A stretch of DNA of 59,762 nucleotides, filler included, from Sphacelaria rigidula (lineage: Eukaryota): the NCBI GenBank assembly GCA_964200075.2. It is 6 parts of 6 records of this genome, joined end to end, with 100 filler letters (N's around TTAATTAATTAA, not from the genome) between each part and the next. Parts side by side here need not be neighbours in the genome. Positions count along the whole stretch, not along the records: positions 19,956 to 29,832 come from CAXNAA020007573.1; positions 29,933 to 39,809 come from CAXNAA020007574.1; 4 more parts are not named here. One strand, written 5' to 3'. Made by a program: the position numbers and the translations under genes. The notes beneath the pieces were generated by a model. The model did no database searches and was not told the DNA's origin. It saw only the letters and a program-made list of their open reading frames with translations. Below are positions 25,174-38,372 of this stretch, one piece after another (the first letter of the stretch is position 1; each line of letters starts with the position of its first letter).

Positions 25174-27359
25174 ATGCTTGAAACTCTGACTGTATTGCCC
25201 GTTCCCCGCGTTGATGTATCTCTCATTCGGCGTTGGTTTGGCGAAGTGAAAGAATTTCCCGACATAGACCCGTTGGTGCAGTTTGTCAGTATCGGGGCAC
25301 CGGTTGCGGTACGTGGGCGGGGAGATTTGGTTGCGGCGCTCCAATATGGAAACCATAGTTCTGTCAGACCATATTCTTCGGAAATTTTGGCAAAAATTGT
25401 GGAGGATGTGTTACTTGGGAGAGCATTCGTTTTTCCACGTCACGCAGCTGCTGCTATTCCAGGTCTTCGCGTATCCCCTATGACGGTTGCTGTCTCCCCG
25501 TCAAAGGTTCGCATTTGTCATGATTTGTCTAGCGCTGTGTCTGGAAGCAGTGTAAACGAAGATACTGATACATCGACGGTACCGGAGTGAAAAATAGGAC
25601 ATGTGTTCCGCAATGTGGCGTGGCGAATTTTGTTCCTTCACGGAAACTTTGTTGCCAATATCGAACCCGACAGCCACCCCACCCCCCCCCCCCCCCCCCC
25701 CAACCACAAAACCATGCCCCCCCACAGGCGANNNNNNNNNNCGTGGTAATCTTTGTCCCTCCACACAAACTTTTTCAACCATACCGCCCCCCCCCCCCCC
25801 CCCCGAATTCTGCTGGCCAAAATGGATACCAAGAGTGCGTTCCGTCAAATTCAAGTCGATGTGGATAAGGCGCCGACGTTTGGGTACGTGTTCGAAGATG
25901 TGGTAATTATAGACCGGTGTCTTCAGTTTGGATGGACTAGTTCGCCCGCGTTGTGGGGGGTGGGCGCGGCAGCTGTCCAGCACGCGCACAACAACACGAC
26001 TTTCCAAAACGCAGAAGTCACAGAGGAAGGCCGTGCAGCCGCTAGACATGTACGCGTAGAGCCACCTCGAACAGACGAGGTGCGCGCCGAGTTGCCACGA
26101 GATTATGTTTATCCCCCGGGTGTGGGCGGGGGGCTGCGCGACAAGTTTTGGGTAGAGACGTTTGTAGATGACTCTCTGTTCGTGGAGGCGGAGAGTTTCT
26201 TGGCAGGCAGACGGTGTCTTCGCATTACCCGGTCCTTTGCTTCTGACATTTTCGTTTGTTTGATAGCCGTCGGGAACCTGGAAAGCCCCCGTTATTTGCG
26301 CGCGAAAAACCGACGTTGTGGGATACTCGAATGGAAGTGTTGGGATGGACGATTGACACAGTAGCGATGACTATTTCCATCCCACAGCGCAAGATTGAGA
26401 ATCTGCGGGGCATTTTAGACCGATGGCCAATAGGCAGGAAGGAAGTGTCGGTTAAGGAAGTGCGATCGTTGGTGGGAAAGCTTCTGCACTTGTGTGAGGT
26501 CGTGAGACCGGGAAAGTTTTTCGTGCGGCGTATTCTAAGTCAACTAGGTCTAGCGCCATTCACGGCAGGCGAAGCGGCGGACACAGGATTCGTAGCAAGG
26601 CGCGCACAGCGCCGGGGATGCGTTCGGCTGGGTCCAGAATTCCATGATGACCTGGCTTTTTGGAGGTTGATTTTGGATATTGCCACAGGGGTAGACGGTG
26701 TGGCTCGGTTAGAAGCACCTCTCTCGTGCTGTTTTCTGCAGCTCCCAAGCTTGAAAATCATTAGCGATGCCAGCGGGGATGCCATGGGAGGATACTATTT
26801 GGAAACCGGCAAATGGTGGAGGATAGATTTCACTCCGGATGTACGTGCACGCCTCCGTACCCGTGTGCTTTCTAGAGACGATTTGTCGATGAACGTTTTC
26901 GAGCTGCTGGCTATGGTAGTGACGGCGTGGGCGTTGACTGGGCATGCTGGGGAACGACCGGAGTACCCCGGGCAGAGTATCTTGATGCGAGGGGACAACA
27001 TGAGTGCTGTTCACTGGGTAAACAAATGTAGGGGGGCGAAAGAGCCACGGTCGGGGGCGCTCATGCGAATGATGGGCGTGTTGGAAATGCGAAACGGGTG
27101 GCGGTTCCGTGCGAATAACATCAAAGGGGTAGCAAATACTCTTGCCGATGGTATCTTGAGGTGGGACCGTGCTGACATTGCTCGTAACTTGCACTCTTTT
27201 CGGCCCGACATTTGTTGGCAGGAGCAGCGGGTCGGGCAAGAAGCTCTGGACCTTACTTTCGCGGTCTTGGCGTCGAGCTCGTCGGCAAGTCAATTGCGGC
27301 TTCGTCTAATCGAAATGACGAGGCGGGTTTCCGGTCTTGGTGTCTCTTTCGCGGGTTGA
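25174..27359 (+). pseudogene. Reverse transcriptase plus RNase H of the YR retrotransposon (frameshifted, with an assembly gap)
   Basis: RT motifs: YGNHSS, VSP...KVRICHDLS...SVN, LAKMDTKSAFRQI, LQFGWTSSP, TFVDD, VLGWTIDT. DIRS-type RNase H motifs: ISDASG, MNVFELLA, RGDNMSAV, GVANTLAD. Confidence 0.9.
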
Positions 27360-28403
27360 TGGGCCGGGATAAGTTTTTCGGCGCCGACGCATCGGTCGAA
27401 GAGATGACTTGGGATTTGGTCGATTTTGCGGCGTGGTGTTTCGATTCCCAAGGGAACGTAGCTAGTACGATATCGGGCAAGTTTGCGGCGATGCAGTATT
27501 TTCATGGGATGGAGGCACGGTGCAGTAAGTAGAAGTCGTCACCACGTCTCCGGTGTTGAAGTGTGCGATAAAAGGGATTGCGAGATCGCATGCTGACACA
27601 GGCACGTGCCGTCGAACTCGCCTTCCGGTCACATGGCAGATATTATTGGACGGGGAATGTTTGATCCCATCGTGGAGCGTTGGGGGAAAGGTGCTTTGGC
27701 TTTGCTTGAGCTTGAGCTATTTTCTGCTCACACGATCGGACGAGATGTTTGCGAGTACGTCAGGGGTGGCGTTTTTTTTCACATTCAGTGCATTATCTTA
27801 CACGTAGGGACGTGGCGTTTTTTTTCAGGGGATACCCAGCTGGAGTATTTGCAGTGGCGCCAGGCTGACAGGATAGAGATACATTTCCGGGGCCACAAAG
27901 GGGATCAGGAGCAGAGGGACGAAGTAAGGGTCCGTACGCGAGAAGAAGTTCGTGGTCCGCATGCGGGGTACAGAGCAGACGGCGGTGCAGTCGCTCTGAT
28001 GTTGGAGTTGTTGTCATGCTACGCGACATTGCCCGCAGACGCTCCACTATCTTCTTACCGCTATGGTCGGGGAGTCAAAGTACGGAAGTACAACGAGGCA
28101 CTTCGAGCGTTGAGAGAGGTAGTCGAAGAGTCGGGTCGCGACCCGAAAGACTTTGCTCTACACTCGTTGAGGATTGGAGGGACATCCACTATGGTAGCAG
28201 GGGGAGAAATATCAGATCGAGTAGCGCAGAGGGAAGGAAGGAGGAAGTCAGATGCATACAAGGTGTACACTGTGAACAACATAGAAGACTCGCGACGAGT
28301 ATCGCGCATTCTTAGAGATAAGAAAAGGAGAGTTCGTAGACAACCAGGGGAAGGAACTGTGTGGGGGAGTTACACGAAGAGGCGGCGAATTCCGATGCAG
28401 TGA
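27212..28403 (+). pseudogene. Tyrosine recombinase of the YR retrotransposon (frameshifted)
   Basis: N-terminal domain LVDFAAWCFDSQGNVASTISGK. Catalytic motifs FLLTRSDE (R), RGHKGDQ (K), HSLRIGG (H-x-x-R) and REGRRKSDAYKVY (G-R-W-x-S...Y, with W replaced). It overlaps the RNase H 3' end in another frame. Confidence 0.9.
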
Positions 28404-28419
28404 AAAACTCCACGACCTC

Positions 28420-28652
28420 GATATGGGTGAAGGAATGGTAGAGTACCATTTGGGGACTTGGTCGTTTGAGATTTTCACGTACATTAGGAGCGTTTATGTG
28501 TCCCCCTGGTTGTTCTAAGGGAGAGAGATAGACAGTTTTCATGAGCAGAGATACGATAGTCTATGGCAGAAGGGTTTAGAGATCGTGCCCTGCAAGCAGT
28601 GGCCTCTCTCTCTCTCTCTTGTCTCCGGGCCCGAAAATATCAATAAAAAAGG
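28420..28652 (+). repeat. Split direct repeat B1
   Basis: GATATGGGTGAAGGAATGGTAGAGTACCATTTGGGGACTTGG...CCCGAAAATATCAATAAAAAAGG is duplicated at 29071-29309. Confidence 0.9.
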
Positions 28653-28673
28653 CAATTCGAAAGAAAAACAATA

Positions 28674-29013
28674 AAGGGGAGGCTTGTTCAGAAAGAAGCA
28701 AACCGTCGTTTATTGCAATCATCGAATTGGCCAAAGAGGCGTCTATTGGTTCAGCCGCTATTTAAGGGTCACGGAGGAACAGTCAAATAGTCAGCATCCT
28801 TTTTATTATTTCAGTCGCTTTTTGAGGGTCACGGAGGAACAGTTGATTAGTCAGCCCCAAGCGTTCACATTGCGGGAAAGTCCACGGATATTAAAAACAA
28901 GGAAACGCGAATCAGCGCAGGTTGGAGACACAAAAGGTGGACAGAGAGAGCATAGGAGGAGTTGGGCCAGTTCGACAGGGGCCAACAAGTTGTATCGATT
29001 TGGTGCGCCTTTT
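28674..29013 (+). repeat. Split direct repeat A2
   Basis: Direct copy of 20795-21100. Confidence 0.9.
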
Positions 29014-29070
29014 CCCCGCCCATCCACCCGTTTTCTTTCGAAGGTGAAAGGGAAGGGAGAGGGATTGCTT

Positions 29071-29309
29071 GATATGGGGTGAAGGAATAGTAGAGTACTA
29101 TTTGGGGACTTGGTCGTTTGAGATTTTCACGTACATTAGGAGCGTTTATGTGTCCCCCTGGTTGTTCTAAGGGAGAGAGAGAGAGACAGTTTTCATGAGC
29201 AGAGACACGATAGTCTATGGCAGAAGGATTTAGAGATCGTGCCCTGCAAGCAGTCGTCTCTCTCTCTCTCTCTCTTGCCTTCGGGCCCGAAAATATTAAT
29301 AAAAAAGGG
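29071..29309 (+). repeat. Split direct repeat B2 (3' end of the element)
   Basis: Direct copy of 28420-28652. Confidence 0.9.
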
Positions 29310-29760
29310 ATTTCAGGTACCTGGCGAAATTTACTGATTATTTCATTATATTAAAAGCTGTATGTTTTATCAAAAGCAAGGACCAAGCGTTAATGGCACT
29401 TCGCATATTCATCCAAGATCTATCAATTCCCCTAGGACTTCAAGCTCAACGTCAAAGGACCGATCGTGTGGGAGAGTACATAGCAGATTATTTTAGCTAA
29501 ATACTGTAAAATTACAGGGATTCTGCAAGAATATACAGCACCTTGTACGCCGTAACAGAATGGAAAGTCGGAACGTGACGGGAAAACTATCATGAACGTT
29601 ACTCGATGTCTACTGAAAGAAGCAAATCTACCCAACAATATATACGAAGTGTTATTTTAGATATGGAGGTCATCATAGATTCTGAAAGAGGATTTCTAAA
29701 CCTTTCACAGCATAAATATGTACTAAATTTGCTACAAACGTTCAACATGGAATCCTGCAC
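29309..29760 (+). pseudogene. Ty1/Copia integrase and RT relic (internally deleted)
   Basis: Integrase motifs DFRYLAKFTDY...FIKSKDQA...RTDRVGEY...EYTAPCTP*QNGKSERDGKTIMNVTRCLLKEANLP, then Copia RT ILDMEV...LNLSQHKYVLNLLQTFNMESC. Confidence 0.8.
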
Positions 29761-29832
29761 TACAGAGTCATCCTACGATAGGGGGGGGTATTTTGGGCCA
29801 TTTGTTGCTCGAAATTTCGAGTCAGATCGTTG

Positions 29833-29932
29833 NNNNNNNNNNNNNNNNNNNNNNNNNNNNNNNNNNNNNNNNNNNNTTAATTAATTAANNNNNNNNNNNN
29901 NNNNNNNNNNNNNNNNNNNNNNNNNNNNNNNN
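29833..29932. other. Artificial contig linker
   Basis: N44-TTAATTAATTAA-N44. Confidence 0.98.
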
Positions 29933-31196
29933 AATCTGTAGGGATCTCGTGGAGGCGCCACGTTACTTGCTCCGTAGACGACCACAGCCTGCGGACGATA
30001 ACGCCCGAGCAATCTGCGGCTTTGCGTGACCCAGCTATCTTCATGGTTCCTCACGGAAAGAGTAGAACTCTGCAGGCCGCCGTGATTTACTTATTTTTGG
30101 GAAGTACTTGTCTTGACTTTTCTTACCCCGGGGCGGGAGTTTGTCCTTCATGCGGGATTATCCCATCGGACATGTGTTTTCGGAATTTCCTGCCCTTCTC
30201 GGCTATCAACGCCCCGACCGCCTATTTATTTCGTCGAGTGCTGCTACCGTCGACGCAGTCGTTGGCGTTCCCCCCGACGCGCCCGAGACTCTCTCTTTAG
30301 GCGTAGAGTACTCCTTGATCTCGGTTGTGTAACTCATCTGGGTGGGCGCCCACTACGTCACGTAGTGCCGTTTGCAGTGGAAATGGCTCAAGTACGATTG
30401 CACCACTGGGGGTGGCACTAGCGCGTTTGCCTCGTTCGATGCCCACTGGCACTGGCATTCCGGGCCACACGTGTTGTACGCTCAAGTCAAGACGGATCTA
30501 CAAGTAGTGGCCAGGGATAGATCGAGAGAACCTAGCGGGGAACTTGCCGAGCGACGACTCCGGTTTCAGCTCCGCCTTCCTGCGCACCCTCGCGCACGTG
30601 GAAAGACGTCGCTCGGACTAGAACGATAGTGTCTGAAATTTGCGTGGTGCGATGCGCGAAAGAATTGTCATCGTCAATCTATAGCCCCTACTCTATTTCC
30701 GTCCCTTCTTCTGCTAGTATGCCGCTCTTGCTTTTCTTCATTGAGGACGTATGTCTCTTCTATCCCTTTCCCATCCCATTCCAATGTGAGAAAGGATAGG
30801 AAAATTGGAAGTGCGATGCGAAGCAGAGCGATCTATAATAGTGAATGAGTCGTCTCGGTTCCGAAATGACCCTCGACAAGGCCCGATATGCTTTGCTTGC
30901 CACTGAGACCCTTGACATCCCTAAGGAGGATATCGACGTGTAGCTGTGAGCACACGCTAGTGATACACGCGAAGAAAAACACGGGGAATGAAGAGTTGGC
31001 TAGGTAAAAGCGAATTACCGAAGACACTCTCAATCAGCGCTCTACTCTCAATCTCACGAAAGCGTCGGTTACTGTAGAACACTGAGACTTGGGGGGAGAG
31101 GAAGCAGACAAGAGGAAGAAGCGAGAAAGATGAAAACAGGAGTGAGGCCGCGTCTTACCACATCATTTTTCGATCGAAAAAGTGCGGTGAAAAACA

Positions 31197-31283
31197 AAAA
31201 TCCCGATGTGATGGGTCGTGATTTCAACCATCTTCAAAATCAACGATGGTTGAAATTACGACCTATCAAATCGAGATTTTTTT
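31197..31283. repeat. Imperfect inverted repeat or small MITE
   Basis: AAAATCCCGATGTGATGGGTCGTGATTTCAACCATC pairs with GATGGTTGAAATTACGACCTATCAAATCGAGATTTT. Confidence 0.55.
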
Positions 31284-33371
31284 TCAAAACCTAATATGCC
31301 AAGACACACCCTGAGAAGAAGAACACCGAAGCTCTGGAACTGAGAAGAAAAACATCGAAGCGCTGGAACTCAAAGACAACGTAGTACAGGAGCAGCACAA
31401 CCGGGAATATAACAAGACCACAAGCCAATAAGGAAAGACAGGGATAGGTTAGTTTCGGTGTAGACCCCGCTTCCCCACTGCCTGTCCCTCATCGAGTAAA
31501 AAGCTAGGCTCCTCCTCTCGATCACTTCTATACTGGATTCTTCGCAAGCCGTCGCTGTTGTGTTCGCGGTGGTGGCTCTCTGACTGGCCTTGTCTTCGCG
31601 TCGCCACGTCTCCTGAACTGCTTCGCCCCCTTCTCGATTCCCAGGTGCAATACCCCCATGTTCTTCGCAGCAGAGACTCAATCATCTACGCCTTAGACGT
31701 CCGCACCGTAGACGGACCATTTCTATTATGCTTTTTTGTGCGGAAGACGGCAAACACACTGTGCTGTGTATCTTTTGTCATCCCATCTATTCTGGGCGCC
31801 GGTCTACACCTTTCGGTGTATGCAGGGCACCAGCTTGGGTCACACAGGAGGAAGGCCAACGCGGGAGTTTTTTTTTTTTTCTTGTATGTAGTGCTTCACC
31901 TTTCTTTTGCGGTGCTTGCCCTTATTTTTCAAATCGCAAGAGGGGTCCAGGAGTCCCTTTCCCTCGTCAACCGTTACGTCGCACACTGTATCGCATATAC
32001 GGCGCTCTGTATGTTAGCATTTCAAGAGCCTCATACCCAGGAGATGAAATGCATCGGTTAACGTGGCGGCTGGTAACCGCAGAGAGAGACTTGATGCGGA
32101 GCTGCAAATGTTATGGAAAGCTATGTATATCGTGAGAAACTCTCACAAGACGTAGAGAACCTGCAGCGATATTGACATTACATAAACAAAAACTGCAGCA
32201 GCGTATACATCGTCAGCACCGACTGCTCGTACTGAGGTATACGACGGCGATAAGCTGGCGTGACTTACAAACATTATGAAGAACTTGATGCGGTCACTCT
32301 GAATCCTTCTGCTCTGCCGCACATGAGAAGGTACGCGAACGCTGCACAACTAACAGGGAACACCGTTTTTCTACACCTCACCAATGAACGACACACTAGA
32401 ACAGCACCCATCTTACACATCAACAGCATCTCTGCTTGCAACAGCCATACAGTAATTCAGTCGTTGTAGCGTCGAGACCACTGCCAATCGTCCCAAAATT
32501 TACCGTAGATGAAAACATGTCGCGAAAAAAAACTCCCAGAGTAAAATTTCACCCGTTAATGCGGCACCTTTTCTATGCAAATTGCAATAACCCTGTTGAT
32601 TATCGTTTTCGCTGACAAGCGCCAATACCCCAGGCCGATATGCCATTTATCCGTACACGGAATACATGAATAATGTAAACACACTAAACACATGCGTGAC
32701 ACAGCTCACGCAGAGAAATAATGGGTGAAATATACAGTTGTCACGATGGCGTACTCCATTTCCAATGTTGAACTATCTTACAAAAGGAGGTGCTGCAGTG
32801 GTGCAGTGCTGCAGTGCGTGATGAAAACAGACACCGAGACGAACCAAAGTGCAAAGATGAAAACTATCCCTAACCGATCAGCAATTCTCGAGACCCAAAT
32901 ATTTCCCCGAAACCATCACTGCAACCCTCCGTATGGTAGCCATGGAAGACCACTGCTGACACCAACGAGCGATGACTCGTGAGATGTGAATACCTTCAGA
33001 CTGAGACATGCCTGTTTTCATGTCGAAGGCGTCCCCATGTTGACCGTGACCGTGCACCTGAGAAACATGCACACACAAGCAAACGAATGGGCACATTATT
33101 CATGTCAAAGCGATCGGCACGATATTCCAGTGGTGAGTACAACAAGCTACATGAACATATCACACACCCACACGCATCTGATACCTCAACAACAAGCTGC
33201 AAAACGATTTGGGTGAGAGGTAAACGGGCCTCTCTCGCACACGAATTTCGACTCATGAAAACAACGCTTCCCACTTCCAACCACCGCCGAGATAGCCACC
33301 ATTAATACCATGCGCGTCCTATTCCGTCGATGCAGTAGGATACGATTCGAATGAATATAAAGATAAGTCAC

Positions 33372-33639
33372 CTCTCGGCCATGGCGAGTAGCACGTCAAC
33401 AGCAGGAGAAGTGTCATCCTCCAGGCAGGCAGGAACATGATACATTCCCTCCGTCTCTTCTAAACTGCACCCAGAAGCGGTCGGGCTAACTTCCACAGAC
33501 GGCTGAGGCGGCTGCATGCAATCGTGGAAGTTGTTGAGCAGGAAATCGATCGCCGAAGACAGCGCATCCTCGTCTCCCAACGCTTTCGCCCGCACCTTAT
33601 GCACCGAAAACGTAGCGTCGAAACGTTTCAACACACACA

Positions 33640-33710
<71 letters not shown>

Positions 33711-35360
33711 CCTTCAGCTAAATGTTGCGCCTGCCGACAATTGACAAGCTGCCGTACCGTCAGAGGTGGGTGTCAGAGAAGGGCTACGGCATTTCGGAGG
33801 GCGAGGGAAGATCAAGTGTGCGTCATCCTTTAGGTTTCAAACACACTGCGTACGGCGGCAGAACTTCGAGTGTGGTGGGGGCAAGGGCGCGATTTCGAGT
33901 CTCCTACTCGCACCGAGCGCATCCCCCTATAGTTCGGGAAAAAATGTCCCCGGGCAAAAGCAACAATCTTAGGATATACTGGGCGCATTGTCAACTTGCC
34001 TGTACGTCGTAGCAAACAAGCAACCCGTTCCGTTTGTTAGTATAGTCGTACAATACGGTAAACATAAAGACAAAACACCCTCTGTGAGTGGTACAAAGGG
34101 TGAAGAGTGCAACTCCCCAGCGAAGAAAACTCTCTCTATGCCGCGCGTTTCTAGAGGTTCGTCGTCAAGATGAACAAACATCAGTATGAACGCAAACAAT
34201 CAACGATGGCTCACCACAATGGGGAGTGCATTCTTGCTATTTAACCCGTCCAGAATGGTCCTAGTGCAGTAAGCCCTCAGCTCATCGTTGCCCGCCACCT
34301 GGAAAAACCCTGCTCGGTACACCGCGCATCAATCACCATATGCCAGCAGTTGACGTTAAACGAACGCTAACGACCACCAACATAACGGTAATCTCCGTCA
34401 CCTACTACACCGTGATTCCCTCGAAATAAGCAAATTACTTAGCCCATCGCTAGTAAAATGGCACAACCGTCGAGATGGATAGCCGATGTCGTGCCACCTG
34501 AGCCCGGTACCCTACTGTCACGTACCGCCAGACCCGGGTTCCCCCCTGGTGAGGGACAGCACGTCCAATGCTGTCAAGGGATCCATAACGCCAGTGCGGC
34601 CAGTGTACAAAAACCGTAAAAATTGCAGCAGCGCCGACATGCTGACCACGGGCTCAAACTGGAAACGGTGCAAACAATAAACAAAAGAGAAGCGGGACGA
34701 GGCCACCTTGTATGGGCACAGGAAAGATACGGCATCGATTGCGGCAACACACCATGACAGGTCGACAACGGCGGTGCACAATTTCAAGACGACCATGAAC
34801 GCACAAAAATAAGGGTACATGTTAGACGCGTGAATCTAATCTCACCCCGAAAAACACGCGTTGCTGAACAGCTGCACGGGATGACTAACGAGGAGAGCAT
34901 CGTTACAGTATTGCTTCATTGTAATATGAAAATAAAACCCCGCCTGTAAGTCACGCATGATCCAAAAAACATGCCAGCCGCGCGTTGCAAAAGTAAAAGT
35001 ATGACACTGACTGCTACAGAATAAGCCAGATGTAGCACGGTAGTGTTGGGGAGGTGGTACCTTGAGGGTGAGTTCTCCTTTCCGCGAATCTCCCATCCGT
35101 CCCTCCAGTAATGCCCGAAAGAAACCTGAACGGGCAGCCAAGATGCATCTGTGAACCGTCACCGGCTGAGTCCCTTCACCAGCGCGGATCTTGAAGTCGC
35201 CCTGATTCAACCAGTTTCGTGAATGAATGAGCGTGGGGGTTTCGTCATACGAGTATACTTCCCGGGTAGTTGGGTCGTACCTGACAGGTGTCCTTTCAGC
35301 AGACATACATGATACTCTTGGCGGTAGATTACGACTGTGTTCATTCAGCAGTGTCACCGT

Positions 35361-35418
<58 letters not shown>

Positions 35419-38337
35419 AACATTATGCTGTGGTGTTTCGCTTTGAATATGCTGAATTTGCAGGAATTAACCTTCGGCCGTTGTCTATGGACACACATGT
35501 CACCGCAGAAACAGCAATACAGTACGACGATCACCGCTACTCACCAGCGCCGGGATAAGGGGTGGTCCAGCCGCGGTTGCCGTGCCTTCCGTGGCCACGG
35601 TCATTGTTACGTCACCGCCGGTTGAGCTCACTGTCTCCGACGATGGTTCTCGAGCCTCGACTCCCACATCTCGGCGTTGACACGTGCCAGTGCCCCACAC
35701 ACCGAAGCTTTCGGCAGGCTTGCTCGAAGTGGAAGTGATGCAGTCGGCGTTTGTTTCGCCAACGGACGCCTGCACCACGTCTCTGAACAAGTGCAGGAAA
35801 TCTGCCTGCTCCACCGAACAAAACATCGCGGAGATAGGACAACGCTCCCTCACATCATGAAATGAGACATTGCAGGGGGAATAACCACCACGTAATGGGA
35901 GCATAAAGCAGTGGAAGCACGCGTCACGAGAAGGGTTTGCGTGCAACGCAGGTTGAGATCCAGGCGAAGCGACGATAACGTTTCGGCTCAGCATTTGACC
36001 ACCTATTTCGTGGACGCACACACCCATAGTCGCCAAGCGTGGCTAGACCGCTAGAGCGAAGCCCTCGGCTATCGGAAAAAAAAAAAGACACGATCAATAC
36101 GTTACTCTTTTGAATAGCTAAACCCTTGGCGTGCGGTATCTTGCGTACCTGATAACTGTCGTCCGGCACGGCGCAAGCGTCATCGTCCCTGAGCGCCTCG
36201 ATGCACGGGATCCTGTTGGCTTCGTCGGACGCAACACCGCGAAAGGCATACATCTTGGCTGCATCAGAGGCTGCCGACAAGCTCAGCACGTCCGCCAGTA
36301 CTTCGGGGTGCGGAGCAAGTTCGCTCACCACTTCAGCCGAGTTCTCAGGCGCGCACACCTCCAGCGACAAGTAGCCAAACACCGCAAGTAACGATAAAGA
36401 TACAGAGAGTGCATTGTGAGGTACAAGCAGCGGTGCGGCTATGGGCAAGACAACGAGCTGTTATGATCGATTGAGTGATTGTCGTACTTCAACTTATATG
36501 TAGTGGGTAGCGGGTTCGAAAGGGTTAAGTGGTGGACAGCTCGTCCGTGTGAGCACGCATCTTATCGAGTGCATACACAACTGCCTCGCTGTGCTGTGCG
36601 TGATATCCACGCGAAAAAACATAGTAGACACGTATCACTCACGTGTGGAGGGCATGTCGAGTGAGCGCACTGTCGTATCATTACGCTGGGAAAGCATTTA
36701 ATACAGCGAAGCAGCGAAATAAGGCCGCTCTCGCACGGCATTTTTCTTTCGTATATTGTTGAGTCTTACTTACCTCGCGAAGGTGCGTCACACAGAACTC
36801 CAGACAACGCCGCTGAAGGTACGGAAACTTCCCCTCGGCTGCGCGCTTGAGTACCTTGTGCACTGTGCGGCAGTCCACGAACGCCTCAGCCCGCTTCTCG
36901 CACAACCCCTGCGACGACCAGCAGTCAAAGAAGAGAGGAACATCAAAAGGCTGGTGGATAACGAGGACAGACCTACACACAAATCGCTTCGTCGCCAAAC
37001 AATAGGAAGGGCCGTCGTGCGACAAGCTCAAAAATACAGAAACGTCCGTCAGCAGCAGCTTGATTGTTTGCAGGATGACAAAGCACTCAACGCAAGAGGG
37101 ATGGTAGGGCAGCACCAAACAAACCGCCTATGGCGCCGACACAAAAGTCTTGCGGTGAATGTCAGCGTGCAACGACGACGTGGAATTGTTTGTGCTGGGG
37201 TGTCAAAACGACGCGCCAGGAACTCTCCACGCTCAGCTCTGTGGTAGCAAGGTTCGAATACGCCTTAATCGACCAACATTCCGTGCACTGTACTCCGTTT
37301 AGAGGGATAAATAACCAACATTTGTACTTTACCTGAAGGCGTGTGAGGTCGAGAGTCCTCGCGACTGCCATGACCCCCATTAGACGGTTCAGAGCGAGAC
37401 CGTCGTAACTTTCTTCAACGCTTCCCCGACCCGTACCTAGCCCGCCCCCGCCTCCTCCAAAGCTCCCGAATCCCGCGGCTTCCACCCAATCTCCTTCACC
37501 ACGCTCCTGCCACGCCTCCTCGGGAGTGTCAACCTCGTATCCGTCCACCATATTTATATCTTGGTTATCTGGATCTTGTTCAGGCCCGCGGTCAGCACCT
37601 TGATGAGATTGACCTTCAAGGTCATGTTGTCCATCTTGGCTTCGTCGTGACCACGCTCGATGCTGCTGCTGCCGCCTGTTTTCTGCGGGGGTTGGACTTC
37701 GGCCTCTGGGTACGGTGCTACTCGGAGCTCTGTTCGCGGCATTATCGGAATCATCTCCTGCGCGCAGGCCGGAGGAGTCTATTATGTCGTTGGCGTCTAC
37801 CGACTCTGGTTTTCGTCGGTCAAAGACCCGAGCGTCCTCGTACAGGTAGGAGATTACGAGGCGTAGAATAGCCTGGCCGTATGGGTTGGTGCAAGGGGTA
37901 GAGAGATGAGGCAGGCACTGGTTGGGCGCTAGAGTAGTAGGTACTTCGCTCCATTCTGCTTTATTTTGGTGCGCGGCCGTTCTGCGTGTACCAAAAAGCA
38001 TTGAGGAAAAAGAACGGCATGGCTTCGTACGCGCCCGATATTTAGCACAGAAAATTCCATCTAGATATAGCGTCCACCGAGCTTCACAGTTGCGATCAAG
38101 CTGTCTGTTCACGTTCAGGTCGGCCATTTCTTTCTGTGCTTTGCCTGTGTTGACTTCTTTGTTACTTCTTCTTTTGTTACGACTTGGTCTGCTATGTCGT
38201 TCTGTTCGACTTTTGTTCTTGTTTTTCCTGATCCTTCTTTCTTCAGAGCGTGTTTCGGTTCCGTTTTTGTTGGGTACGTACGTCTATCATGAGACCACGG
38301 CTGGATCATGACTACCTGGGGTGTCAGTTAAAGTGCG

Positions 38338-38372
<35 letters not shown>

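Larger units (their letters stand above)
20795..29309 (+). mobile_element. Ngaro-type tyrosine-recombinase (DIRS-order) retrotransposon, apparently full length, inactivated by stops and frameshifts
   Basis: Order is A1 repeat, leader, gag, RT/RNase H, tyrosine recombinase, then B1-A2-B2 split direct repeats. No methyltransferase domain was seen after RNase H and there are no inverted terminal repeats. Confidence 0.9.

Noticed and set aside
25670-25805. Poly-Pro insertion within the RT
   Set aside because: It consists of poly-C tracts around an N gap and is likely low-quality sequence or gap-filling noise.
25174-28403. Prokaryotic retron/DGR plus phage integrase system
   Set aside because: The RT is fused to a DIRS-type RNase H, preceded by gag and bounded by split direct repeats, which identifies a eukaryotic YR retrotransposon.
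37873-38127. N-terminal part of the 321-aa ORF 37162-38127
   Set aside because: It lies upstream of the ccag|GCT acceptor and starts inside a LINE fragment, so it is intronic.
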